Below, one piece after another: positions 30,873 to 40,997 of a stretch of DNA of 64,000 bases (its first letter is position 1; each line of letters begins with the position of its first letter). Under the pieces are notes generated by a model. The model did no database searches and was not told the origin of the DNA. It saw only the letters and a list, made by a program, of their open reading frames with translations. Both the position numbers and the translations under genes were made by a program. Source of the DNA: an uncultured Chlamydiae bacterium. Lineage in GTDB: Bacteria > Chlamydiota > Chlamydiia > Chlamydiales > Parachlamydiaceae. Location: positions 25,960 to 89,959 of the forward strand of contig CAWHMU010000047.1 in the NCBI GenBank assembly GCA_963830365.1. Reading direction: 5' to 3'.

Positions 30873-31853
30873 ATGTCATCATATGCTTGTTCTACCTCAC
30901 ACTCCTCAAATAGCGTGGTCATTGCGTACGATGCGCAAGCTCACACCCAAGCCATTGCTAGTCAATCCTCTTCTGCGACAAATGCCACCACAACCTTAGT
31001 TCAGCAAGTTTTAAAAAATACTGCACATGAGTCATCCGCAGCCGAGGAATGCAAGTCCTGGGATAAAAGCGTGGTTCACGGTGACGTCAATGAGCTGGCT
31101 TTGCTAAAAAACTTCATCGGTTTTGTTGAGGCGTTGCTGTCTGCCGCTCAAAAAGAGGAGCTGTCGGCCATCTTTGAATCTGGCGAAAAAAAACTAGGAG
31201 GTGCCCGCGTTAGTCTGTTAGCAGTTAAAAATGAACTTTCGACTATTAAAGAAGCTATGTTGGAAATAGTGAAAGGCGTGGATGCTAAGGCTCTCAGCGA
31301 TTTAAAAGCCGGGCTGCCACGCGACCTGGCCGAAGCTGCCTTTTTCAGCAGCATGCTTGACTTGTCGCTCTTATATAAGGAAATTGATGAGGCCGATCCG
31401 TATTATTATGCGAAATTCTGCAAACAGTTGATAGCTGTTGGCGCCCTAAAAAAGGCCGCCTCCCTCGCCGACGAAATAACACACCCTGATCCAAGGACTG
31501 CCTCCCATCTCTATAAGGACATTTCCGGCAGCTATCTAAAAAATAAAGCCTATCACGAAGCGCTAGCCGCTGCTGAAAAAATATCTGCACCGCCTTCGAT
31601 GCAATTACAAGCTATTAAGGCTGTTTGCAGAGATTTAATCGGAAAAGATAAAGATATCGATCACGCGATCGCGTTAGTTCAAGAGCTAGCTGATGTGGAT
31701 GAGGATATTCTAGTAGAAGTTGTTTCTCAGATTCTTAGGGCGTTATTCAAAAATGAGGAGTTTGCGAAGGCGAAGAAGTTCTTGGGCATGGAGCCGGATG
31801 AGGAATTCGCTGCAGAAATACTTAGCGATTATCCGAATTGCCCGCGCAAATAA
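30873..31853 (+). CDS. Hypothetical protein with helical-repeat C-terminus
   Basis: Ser/Thr-rich N-terminus; repeated ...A..LA.EI/KI units; AAGGA RBS. Confidence 0.65.
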   Translation: MSSYACSTSHSSNSVVIAYDAQAHTQAIASQSSSATNATTTLVQQVLKNTAHESSAAEECKSWDKSVVHGDVNELALLKNFIGFVEALLSAAQKEELSAIFESGEKKLGGARVSLLAVKNELSTIKEAMLEIVKGVDAKALSDLKAGLPRDLAEAAFFSSMLDLSLLYKEIDEADPYYYAKFCKQLIAVGALKKAASLADEITHPDPRTASHLYKDISGSYLKNKAYHEALAAAEKISAPPSMQLQAIKAVCRDLIGKDKDIDHAIALVQELADVDEDILVEVVSQILRALFKNEEFAKAKKFLGMEPDEEFAAEILSDYPNCPRK

Positions 31854-31867
31854 AGGGCGTAGCACGC

Positions 31868-32185
31868 AAATTCTAACTAGATCATGGTATATCTGAAGTA
31901 TTCGCGAATAGAAGACCGGATAAACCTGGGCTGAAGCCGTAAACAACGGCTACAGCCCATGCCTGAATAGAGGCATGTCTGAAAAGAATTGTAATAGCAT
32001 CCGCAATATTGTGTTTGCCCTTTTGTCCTTTTGTCCATTTGTCGTCCGTCCGCGTCCGCTCTCGTCCGTCTTTTGTGAATATCTTGCCTAAAGCTGCTTG
32101 TTCTGTAAACGCAAGTATGCTTGTCCGGCTGCCAAAAAAAAACGCAAGCATACGCCTCGCCTTAGCGAGGGGTATGCTTGCGTCA
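31868..32185. repeat. Cluster of repeat remnants between convergent genes
   Basis: Family E end AAATTCTAACTAGATCATGGTATA (31868-31891); GGGCTGAAGCCGT...ACGGCTACAGCCC; TTTGTCC/GTCC repeats; ACGCAAGCATAC...GTATGCTTGCGT hairpin. Confidence 0.6.
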
Positions 32186-32229
32186 TTATGCGATGCTTAG
32201 CGCTTGCGCCTCCCAGGAGGCGCAAAGGC

Positions 32230-32572
32230 TTAGGCTTTGATTTTGATATCCACGCCGGCAGGCAGGGTCAACGTCTTGAGGGCGTCGATGGTCTTGCCTG
32301 TTGGGTTTAGAATATCTACCAGTCTTTGTGCGTGCGGATTTCAAATTGTTCTCGCGATTTGCGGTCAATTTTGGGGAACGCAACACGGTGAAGATCTCAC
32401 GTCGTGTCGGAATAGGAATAGGGCCCGCTACGCCGGCGCCGGTACGCTTGGCTGTTTCCACGATATCTGCAGTCGAACGATCCAGCAAACGCTGGTCGTA
32501 CGCTTTCAGCCTGATTCGTATCTTCTGGGCTGTTGGGCAGCTTTTTGGCTGCTGCTTTTCTTGCTTTGCCAT
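32230..32572 (-). CDS. rpsJ: 30S ribosomal protein S10 (two apparent 1-nt deletions)
   Basis: [15 protein letters not shown]...TVLRSP, then in shifted frames [15 protein letters not shown] and [30 protein letters not shown]. Confidence 0.92.
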
Positions 32573-32589
32573 ATACGACCTTGTGATCC

Positions 32590-34677
32590 TTACTCTCTAA
32601 CGATTTCTTCCTGAATTTTCGCTGGCACCGCTCAAAGTGGCACGGTCCATCACGTAGGTCGCACGTCCTGAAGAGAACGAGCGGAGTTGGGTTGAGTAGC
32701 CAAACATTTCACTTAAAGGCACCTCAGCGTGGATGATGACAGCACCTTTGTGGTTTTCTTGACCCATGATCTGACCGCGACGGCGGTTTAAGTCGCCGAT
32801 CACATCACCCATTGTAGACTCCGGCGTTGTCGCGTCGACTCTCATGATCGGTTCAAGAATGATCGGCTTGGCTTTACGCGCGGCATCTTTCAAGGCCATC
32901 GATCCGCAGATCTTAAAGGCCATCTCGCTCGGAGTCGACATCATGGTAAGAACCGAAGACGATATCGACGATGACGTCGACGAGGTTATAGCCTGCGAGC
33001 ACGCCCGTGATGATGCCCTCTTCGATCCCTTTGATGGTCGGGTTGATGAATTCTCTAGGAATTACACCGCCAACGATCTTGTTGTTGATCTCGACGCCTT
33101 TGCCTTTTTCATTCGGCCTGATATCCAATTCAACGTGCGCATATTGGCCACGGCCACCCGACTGCTTGACGAACTTCGTCTGGCTGTTGGCTGGCATGGT
33201 GATGGTTTCTTTGTAGGAAACTTGCGGTTTGCCCACATTGGCTTCCACACCAAATTCGCGCTTCATACGGTCGTGGAGGATCTCCAGATGGAGCTCGCCC
33301 ATACCGGCAATGATCGTCTGGCCGGTTTCTTCGTTGGTAGATACGCGGAAGGTGGGGTCTTCCTCTGAAAGCGCCGATAGAGCCATGGAAAGCTTTTCGC
33401 GGTCGCCTTTCGATTTTGGCTCGATGGCCATAGAAATCACAGCTTCAGGGAATTCCATCTTTTCCAATAGCAGCGGTCTTTCCGGCGAGCACAGGGTATC
33501 ACCGGTGCTGGCTTTCTTTAGGCCGATGCAAGCGGCGATATCGCCGGCATAGAATTCGTCGCGTTCTTCACGTTTGTTGGCGTGCATTTCAAGCAGGCGT
33601 GAAATTCTTTCTTTAGTGTCTTTGGTGCTATTGATGAGGTTCATGCCTTTTAGCAAGGTGCCGCTGTAAATGCGCACAAAAGTCAGACGGCCCACATAGG
33701 GGTCGGTCATGATCTTAAATGCCAAGGCCGCAAACGGTGCATCATCTTTAGGTTCCAACAGGATCTCTTCGCCGGTCTTAAGGTCGTGCGCTTTAACCTG
33801 GCCGCGATCGATTGGCGATGGCATCCAATTGACAACTGCATCCAGCAACTGCTGTACGCCTTTGTTTTTGAAGGCCGAGCCGCACAGCACGGGGTTGAAC
33901 AGGTTGGCGCAGACGCCTTTGACGGATGACGGCATGGATTTCTTCAGGTGTCAAAGAGGCCGGATTTTCCAGCACTTTGTTCATGAAGACTTCATTAGTG
34001 TCGTCCACGGTAGCCAGCTCTTCGAGCAGCTCGGCACGCATTTCCTGGCACTTGGCGAGCAGGTCGGCCGGGATGTCTGTCTCTTCCCAGTCGGCACCCA
34101 AGGTCTCGTCGTGGAAAAATAGCGCGCGCATCGTGATAAGATCGACCATGCCTTTGAATTCCGCTTCTGCACCAATGGGGCAGTGGACGGGAATGGCATT
34201 GGCATGCAGCTTCTCGCGCATCGTTTTGATGGCGTCGAAGAAGTCTGCACCGGTGCGGTCCATCTTGTTGACGAAGCAGATGCGGGGCACGCCGTATTTA
34301 TCGGCTTGCCGCCATACTGTCTCAGACTGAGGCTCCACGCCAGAGACTGAGCAGAATACGGCAACAGAGCCATCGAGCACGCGCAGCGAACGTTCGACTT
34401 CGATGGTGAAGTCTACGTGGCCAGGGGTGTCGATGATGTTGATTTTAGAGCCTTTCCAGAACACGGTGGTAGCAGCGGAAGTAATCGTGATGCCACGTTC
34501 CTGCTCTTGCTCCATCCAGTCCATCGTCGCCGCACCTTCGTGCACTTCACCCATGCGGTGAACGCGGCCGGTGTAATACAAAATGCGCTCTGTCGTCGTG
34601 GTCTTGCCAGCATCGATGTGGGCCATGATGCCGATATTGCGCACGTTTTTGAGCTCTTCAGTTTGTGGTCTTGCCAT
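32590..34677 (-). CDS. fusA: Elongation factor G (split across three ORFs by about 4 indels)
   Basis: [45 protein letters not shown]; indels near 33921, 32931, 32646 and 32630. Confidence 0.95.
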
Positions 34678-34692
34678 GCGTATAGCCTCCTG

Positions 34693-35166
34693 TTACCACT
34701 TGTAGTGGGCGAAAGCTTTATTAGCTTCAGCCATACGGTGGGTATCATCTTTTTTCTTGATCGTCGTTCCTTGGTTGTTATAGCAGTCAACCAATTCGTT
34801 AGCTAGTCCATCTTCCATGGAGCGGCCAGCTTTAGAACGTGAGTAGGCGATGATCCAACGCATAGCCATAGACAAACGGCGATTTGGCGGGATTTCGATA
34901 GGCACTTGGTATGTGGCGCCACCGATACGGCGGGATTTGACTTCGAGGGCCGGCTGCGCATTTTGCAGAGCTTGTTCGAAGGCTTCCAGCGTATTTTCAA
35001 CTTTTAATTTTTTGGAAAATTTATCCAATGCGTTATAGATGATGCGGCGGGAGGTGGATTTCTTGCCGCCTTCCATAACTTTATTGATGAATTTTGCCAA
35101 TACAGTGCTTCCGTAAAGAGGATCGGGATCGATTTCTCTTTTTACTGCACGACGTCTTCTTGACAT
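34693..35166 (-). CDS. rpsG: 30S ribosomal protein S7
   Basis: MSRRRRA, EVKSRRIGGATYQVP, HRMAEANKAFAHY. Confidence 0.97.
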   Translation of the reverse strand: MSRRRRAVKREIDPDPLYGSTVLAKFINKVMEGGKKSTSRRIIYNALDKFSKKLKVENTLEAFEQALQNAQPALEVKSRRIGGATYQVPIEIPPNRRLSMAMRWIIAYSRSKAGRSMEDGLANELVDCYNNQGTTIKKKDDTHRMAEANKAFAHYKW

Positions 35167-35334
35167 GTTAGCCTCGTAATTTTTTGCATGATTCTTCAAA
35201 ACAGGATAATAGCCTGCCGAAGGAAGTGATCTTTCGATTCACCCGGTTTCATTAAAGTGAAACCTGTGCGTGATTAGCGTTTTTTATACAAAGCGCTAAT
35301 CGCGGACCAGGATACCCATCAGAGCATCCTAGCG

Positions 35335-35706
35335 TTACTTAGGCCGTTTGGCCCCGTACTTAGATCTTCCTTGTTTACGGTCTTTTACAGCCGCACAGTC
35401 TAACGTACCGCGAACAATGTGATAGCGCACGCCAGGTAAGTCCTTCACGCGGCCGCCACGCACCAATACGATGCTGTGTTCTTGGAGGTTATGTCCTTCA
35501 CCGCCGATATAGGCAATGACTTCTTGTCCGGTGGACAAGCGTACCCACGCTACTTTACGCAAAGCAGAGTTAGGTTTTTTTGGTGTCTTGGTTTTTACCT
35601 GCAAGCATACACCACGGCGCTGCGGGCATTTTAGCAAGGCTGGCGACTTACTACGCTTCTTTTTGGGAGAGCGTGGCTGTCTAACAAGCTGGTTAATAGT
35701 CGGCAT
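35335..35706 (-). CDS. rpsL: 30S ribosomal protein S12
   Basis: [31 protein letters not shown]. Confidence 0.98.
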   Translation of the reverse strand: MPTINQLVRQPRSPKKKRSKSPALLKCPQRRGVCLQVKTKTPKKPNSALRKVAWVRLSTGQEVIAYIGGEGHNLQEHSIVLVRGGRVKDLPGVRYHIVRGTLDCAAVKDRKQGRSKYGAKRPK

Positions 35707-36011
35707 GTGAGCCTTCTCCTTAAAAATGGTCTTTAAGCTTAATTCTCTATATATTTCCAAGCAGATGACTGGTCCGCATGGAAGTTACCCGGTGATTATA
35801 AAAGATACTGACAAAAGGCGCAAGCACCAAATTGGCTTGGGGTTGTTAGCTAAATTTTTAACCGCAAAGGAAAGGGACCTGAAAGAACAAATGGACGAGC
35901 AATGTTGTCCTTTGGTCTTTTTTGGTTCTTCCGGCAAATAATTACCCCGCTTCTAATGAGTACCTCGTCTCTTATGAAGATTATAGATTCGTTCTTTGAA
36001 GCATGGTTGTT

Positions 36012-36251
36012 AGCCGTGAATAACGGCGACAGCATGTAGCTACAGGCGTAAGCCTGTGGTGGGCAATTGATTCGATAGAAGCCGTGAATACGGCGACAGC
36101 AAATACTCGGAATGTTTTACTCTTAAACGCAATTATATCGGAATCTGCTTCTTTTGGTAATGCTGTCGCCGTATTCACGGCTCTCGTTATTCTATATTTC
36201 CACTCCATAGGTTGACACCTATGGCTACATGCTTTCGCCTCTAGCGAGGCT
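36012..36251. repeat. REP-doublet-like hairpin element, family C
   Basis: GCCGTGAATACGGCGACAGCA / TGCTGTCGCCGTATTCACGGC inner arms; GGCTACATGCTTTCGCCTCTAGCGAGGCT end. Confidence 0.85.
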
Positions 36252-36358
36252 TTTATTAGTTTCCGTGATACCCTTAATTTATATATTACCTTTCTATCTC
36301 GCTAAACGTTATTTATTTGTGATTTCAGGTGGCCTTAAATTGATTTTACTGTGAGTAG

Positions 36359-36523
36359 GTATACTGCAGCCGGCATCAACATTCGATTTATGAACGCATC
36401 TTTTCTCGCCGAAATGTCGTTTCAAAAGCGAGCCTACAAATATGTATGTCACGCTTTCGAAACGACATTTCGGCGAAAAAATCTACATCCATAAATCGAA
36501 TGTTGATGCCGGCTGCAGTATAC
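36359..36523. repeat. Long near-perfect hairpin element with TATAC termini
   Basis: GTATACTGCAGCCGGCATCAACATTCGATTTATG...CATAAATCGAATGTTGATGCCGGCTGCAGTATAC; inner CGCCGAAATGTCGTTTC / GAAACGACATTTCGGCG. Confidence 0.9.
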
Positions 36524-36723
36524 GCATTTGTCGGATGAACCACTTAATACTTTTACCTGCCAAAGGTCCTGATTTGTCGGATGAATCGATTGAATTCTCC
36601 TGAGAAATAGGATTTTATGTTTATAATACAAAATTGTGTCATGCCGACATTAACAATGCATTATAAACGACTGAACGCCTTTAAATTTGATCATTTATTT
36701 TCTGGCAGGGGATGGAACAGGCG

Positions 36724-37263
36724 ATGCAGCCATCAATTTGGAAGTTAAATACGAGCAATCAGGGCAAATTTGTCGAATTTCAGCGCCTGTTTGCCGCATA
36801 TGGCTGCACACTGGTAGCCACGCACCACGACCTGCCGGAAATCGCCGCCGATCCCGTCAGCGTAGTGGTGCATAAGGCCGGTCAGCTCGGCGAACGCACT
36901 CTGGTGGAGGACACCTCGCTCGAAGTAGAAGGCGCAGACGTCGGCATCAATGTGCGCTGGCTGCTTACGCATTTGGATGAGTTCATCGGACGTAAAGCGC
37001 TGTGGCGCGTCTTGCTGGCTTACTGCCAGAATGGTCAAATCCATGTCTACCAAGGCGAAGTGCATGGAGCGCTTGTGCCGCCGCGCGGCGAAAAAGGCTT
37101 CGGCTTTGATCCCTTCTTTCTACCGGACGGCGCCAGCCATACTTTGGCAGAAAATAAATTCGACCAGTACAATGCGCGCGCTTTGGCAGTAGCGGCTTTA
37201 ATGCAAGGAAAGGCTCTGGCGGTTCGCCCCTTTATTGAAGACTGGCAAGGTCTCTGGCAATAG
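36724..37263 (+). CDS. HAM1/RdgB-family non-canonical NTP pyrophosphatase
   Basis: TSNQGKFVE, LPEI, VEDTSL, FGFDPFF, TLAE. Confidence 0.85.
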   Translation: MQPSIWKLNTSNQGKFVEFQRLFAAYGCTLVATHHDLPEIAADPVSVVVHKAGQLGERTLVEDTSLEVEGADVGINVRWLLTHLDEFIGRKALWRVLLAYCQNGQIHVYQGEVHGALVPPRGEKGFGFDPFFLPDGASHTLAENKFDQYNARALAVAALMQGKALAVRPFIEDWQGLWQ

Positions 37264-37285
37264 ACGCGATCTTTGTCCGGCAGCG

Positions 37286-37564
37286 TACAGGCAATCGGAA
37301 CGGTTTTGTTTTAAAGCCTCGATAGAGGCGAAAGCATGTAGCCACATGCGTGAGCGTGTGGTGGATCGATTGTTTAGAAACAGAGCCGTGCACACGGCGA
37401 CAGCAATTAATCAGGAATGACATCAAATTCAGCTATTTTCGGTACTGCTGCCGCCGTATTCACGGCTCTATTTGTGCTGCCTTTTCATTCCATCGGTTGA
37501 CACCTATGGCTACATGCTTTCGCCTCTATCGGGGCTTTAAAAAAACGTTCTAATTGCTTGTGCC
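37286..37564. repeat. Family C hairpin element
   Basis: AAAGCCTCGATAGAGGCGAAAGCATGTAGCC...GGCTACATGCTTTCGCCTCTATCGGGGCTTT with outer arms GCAATCGGAACG / CGTTCTAATTGC. Confidence 0.88.
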
Positions 37565-37623
37565 GACTTCGTTCGCAGTTTTCCCTTTGATTATATTGAG
37601 ATCTCTTTCTATAATTCTTGATT

Positions 37624-38769
37624 ATGATGAAAAACATCGCCATTCTAGGCAGTACAGGTTCGATCGGTGAAAGCACGCTTAAGATTGCGCGGCATTTAAA
37701 AGACCGCATCCGCATCACCGCCATTGCCGCCAGATCCAATATTGACGCGCTGGAAGCCCAGGCGCGCGAATTTAAGCCGCAGCTGATCGCCGTCTACGAC
37801 GAGCAGCAGGCAGTCGCGCTTAGAAAGCGTCTGCCCCATATCACCATCGAATCGGGCTTAGCAGGCCTAAATGCCGTCGCCACGCATAGCGATGCCAATT
37901 TCGTGGTCTCCTGCATGAGCGGCACCATCGGCCTTACGCCTACCGTGGCAGCCATCAAGGCCGGCAAAAATATCGGCCTGGCCAACAAAGAAGCTTTGGT
38001 GGCCGGCGGCGCGCTCGTCATGGCGCTGGCAAAAAAACACGGCGTGCAGATTATCCCTATCGACAGCGAACATAGCGCCCTTTTTCAGTGTCTGCAAGGA
38101 CAACCCAAAAATGGCGTACGGCGGCTGATCCTGACGGCATCCGGCGGACCCTTCCGCACCTTCACTCACGAACAGCTGCGGCAGATCACGCGCGAGCAGG
38201 CCTTGCGCCATCCCACCTGGACCATGGGGGCTAAAGTCACCATCGACTCGTCGACCTTGATGAATAAGGGGCTTGAAGTCATCGAAGCCCATTGGCTTTT
38301 TGAGGTGGCATTGGAAAATATTTCCGTCGTCGTCCATCCTCAAAGCATCATCCACAGCATGGTGGAGTTTGTCGACAATTCGCTCTTGGCGCAGCTCGGG
38401 GAAACGTCGATGCTGACGCCCATTCAATACGCCTTGATGTATCCTGAACGCTTGCCCGGCACGCTGGCCCCCTTTGATTTTATGAAATGCAGCACGCTGC
38501 AATTCTTCGAGCCCGATACGGAAAAATTCCGCTGCCTGCGCCTGGCTTATGACGCTCAAAAAACCGGCGGCACGCTGCCTTGCTATATGAATGCCGCCAA
38601 TGACGTGTTGGTCGGCCTCTTCATGGATAAACGCATCGCCTGGACAGATATTGCCACCAAACTTGAAACTCTCATGCAAAGACATCAGATCAGCGCCATC
38701 CATTCGCTGGATGATGTGTTGCAGGCCGATGCCATGGCCCGGCGTGACGCTATGTGTGTTTCGGATTAG
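37624..38769 (+). CDS. dxr: 1-deoxy-D-xylulose 5-phosphate reductoisomerase
   Basis: ILGSTGSIG, LANKE, PIDSEHSA, TASGGPF, HPTWTMGAKVTIDS, NKGLEVIEA. Confidence 0.97.
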   Translation: MMKNIAILGSTGSIGESTLKIARHLKDRIRITAIAARSNIDALEAQAREFKPQLIAVYDEQQAVALRKRLPHITIESGLAGLNAVATHSDANFVVSCMSGTIGLTPTVAAIKAGKNIGLANKEALVAGGALVMALAKKHGVQIIPIDSEHSALFQCLQGQPKNGVRRLILTASGGPFRTFTHEQLRQITREQALRHPTWTMGAKVTIDSSTLMNKGLEVIEAHWLFEVALENISVVVHPQSIIHSMVEFVDNSLLAQLGETSMLTPIQYALMYPERLPGTLAPFDFMKCSTLQFFEPDTEKFRCLRLAYDAQKTGGTLPCYMNAANDVLVGLFMDKRIAWTDIATKLETLMQRHQISAIHSLDDVLQADAMARRDAMCVSD

Positions 38770-38884
38770 AGATAGGCATTTGCAAAACTTTGCAAAAGCT
38801 GCTAGCTCTTTTCATCATTTTAAGGTATTATCAGTTTTTTATTTGTTTATTACACACGTGTATTACACAGGGTAATGGGGAATT

Positions 38885-40849
38885 ATGATTGTCAGCCTAA
38901 TATATATGCTTCTCGCCGTGGTCGGCCTGAGCTTTTTAATTTTTATGCATGAGCTCGGTCACTATTATATGGCCCGCCGTGTGGGTATGCGCGTAGAAAC
39001 CTTCGCCATCGGCTTTGGCAAGCCCATTTATTCCTGGGTAAGAGATGGTGTCAAATGGCAGATCGGCTGGCTGTTTTTCGGCGGCTATGTCAAAATCGCC
39101 GGGCAAGATAACGATGATGAACGCGATCCTTATCAGATTCCCGATGGTTTTTTCGGCAAGCGCCCTATCGACCGCATCAAAGTGGCTGTCGCCGGCCCTT
39201 TGGTCAACCTGGTATTGGCCTTGGTGTTTTTTTCCGTCATCTGGGCTATCGGTGGACGCGAAAAGGATTTTACTGAATTTACGCATAAGATCGGCTGGGT
39301 GGATCCGAAGTCAGAACTCTTTGCCGCCGGCATCCGTCCGGGCGATGAGATAACCTCTTATAACGACGAGCCTTTCCATAACTTTAAGGACCACCTGTAT
39401 GCGCCGATGACAAGCTCTGGCGATATCGATGTCAAAGGCTATAAAGTCGATTACCTATCAGGACAAAAGCAACCTTTTGCATACAAAGTCAAGCCTTATT
39501 CCCATCCCAATGTATATGATAAGGGCATTCTCACCACCGGGATTATCAATTCCGCCAATTATATCATCTACAAACGCCTGCCACAAGGACAAGAAAACCC
39601 GCTGCCGGAAGGCTCGCCGATGCTGCAAAGCGGCATCCAATATGGCGACCGCATCCTTTGGGTGGATGGAGACCTCGTTTTTTCAGGACCGCAGCTCAGC
39701 CACCTGCTAAATGACAGTAAGGTGTTTTTGACCATTGAGCGCAATGGCCAGACGATGCAGGTGCGCGTGCCGCGCGTGCCGGTGCAGGAGCTGAAGTTGG
39801 ATGCAGAAGTGAAGGAAGAACTGACCGATTGGCAATATGAAGCCGAGCTGAACAATATCAAGCTGCGCAATCTGTATGTCATCCCCTACAACCTTACCAA
39901 TGACTGCATCGTGCAAAATGAACTCAAATTCATCGATGCAGACAATGAATTGTCGGCCTTCCCACATACGCCATATGCGGCCAATGAGCAGCCTCTCTTG
40001 GCCAAAGATAAAATCATCGCCATTGATGGCCTGCCGGTAAAAACCGCCTATGAGCTCCTCAAAGAGCTGCAACAGCATCGTGTCAATATCATCGTAGAAC
40101 GTGAAGCCGACTTGGCCAAAGAAGTTTCTTGGAATGTGGCCGATGCCGATTTCGACCACGAGATCAATGGCCATGCTGTCAGCGTCATCGCCAACAGCAT
40201 CGGCACATCGCGTCCGATTAATAATGTGGGTAACTACTACCTCTTGAATCCTGTGCTGCCCAAAACGCGCCATGACTTTGAACTATCTCCCGACAAGCAG
40301 GCTTGGATCAATGCCGAACTGCTGGAGCAGAAGAAGAAAGTCGAAGGAATCGAAGATCCCGAAAAACGCAATCACGCTTTGATCTTGCTGCAAAATCAGG
40401 AAAAGCAACTCCTACTTGGCCTGCCGGCGGTGCAAGACCGTAAAGTGAACTTCAATCCTTCGCCCTTCACTCAATTCGGCAATGTATTCGGCGAGATCTG
40501 GCGCACACTGGTGGCCCTCTTCAGCGGCTCGCTAAATGTCAAATGGATCAGCGGTCCGATCGGTATCATCCAGGTGGTGCATGACAATTCGATGGTCAGC
40601 ATCAAGGAAGCCCTCTTCTGGCTCGGCGCTATCAGCTTAAACCTGGGCATGCTCAATCTGCTGCCCATCCCTGTGCTGGACGGGGGCACCATCGTGCTGT
40701 CCTTCTATGAGATGATTACCGGCCATAGGCTTCACCCCAAAACGCTTGAAAAGGTGATCCTGCCGTTCGCCGTGCTGCTGATCGGCTTCTTCATCTTCCT
40801 GACCTACCAGGATCTGTCGCGCCTGCTCAGCCGCTTCCTCAATTGGTAG
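38885..40849 (+). CDS. rseP: Site-2 intramembrane metalloprotease RseP (extended PDZ region)
   Basis: HELGH, GGYV, AGPLVN, NLLPIPVLDGG; downstream of dxr. Confidence 0.93.
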   Translation: MIVSLIYMLLAVVGLSFLIFMHELGHYYMARRVGMRVETFAIGFGKPIYSWVRDGVKWQIGWLFFGGYVKIAGQDNDDERDPYQIPDGFFGKRPIDRIKVAVAGPLVNLVLALVFFSVIWAIGGREKDFTEFTHKIGWVDPKSELFAAGIRPGDEITSYNDEPFHNFKDHLYAPMTSSGDIDVKGYKVDYLSGQKQPFAYKVKPYSHPNVYDKGILTTGIINSANYIIYKRLPQGQENPLPEGSPMLQSGIQYGDRILWVDGDLVFSGPQLSHLLNDSKVFLTIERNGQTMQVRVPRVPVQELKLDAEVKEELTDWQYEAELNNIKLRNLYVIPYNLTNDCIVQNELKFIDADNELSAFPHTPYAANEQPLLAKDKIIAIDGLPVKTAYELLKELQQHRVNIIVEREADLAKEVSWNVADADFDHEINGHAVSVIANSIGTSRPINNVGNYYLLNPVLPKTRHDFELSPDKQAWINAELLEQKKKVEGIEDPEKRNHALILLQNQEKQLLLGLPAVQDRKVNFNPSPFTQFGNVFGEIWRTLVALFSGSLNVKWISGPIGIIQVVHDNSMVSIKEALFWLGAISLNLGMLNLLPIPVLDGGTIVLSFYEMITGHRLHPKTLEKVILPFAVLLIGFFIFLTYQDLSRLLSRFLNW

Positions 40850-40893
40850 CTCCAGTCGGCATCCTAAGCACAGCGGATCAGCTTAGCCGCAAA

Positions 40894-40925
40894 TGGCGGC
40901 GGCATGGAGCCACATGCCGCCGCCG
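40894..40925. terminator. Hairpin between convergent genes (possible terminator)
   Basis: GGCGGCGGCATG-GAGCCA-CATGCCGCCGCC. Confidence 0.55.
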
Positions 40926-40997
40926 CTAGCTGCCATCTTTTGAATCTAAAAGGTATAATCCTAAAAACGAGGTACGCACTTGGGCGATGAGCCATTT

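Noticed and set aside
32590..34677. Programmed frameshifting or an intron/intein in fusA
   Set aside because: There are multiple indels of both signs, mostly outside slippery motifs, with no inserted sequence; sequence error is far more parsimonious.
32230..35706. Absence of tuf after fusA
   Set aside because: rpsL-rpsG-fusA-rpsJ is the usual chlamydial arrangement.
37867..38703. 278-aa minus-strand ORF
   Set aside because: Antisense shadow of dxr.
38885..40849. Unusually long RseP (654 aa)
   Set aside because: An extended periplasmic region is, to my knowledge, normal for chlamydial RseP orthologues.
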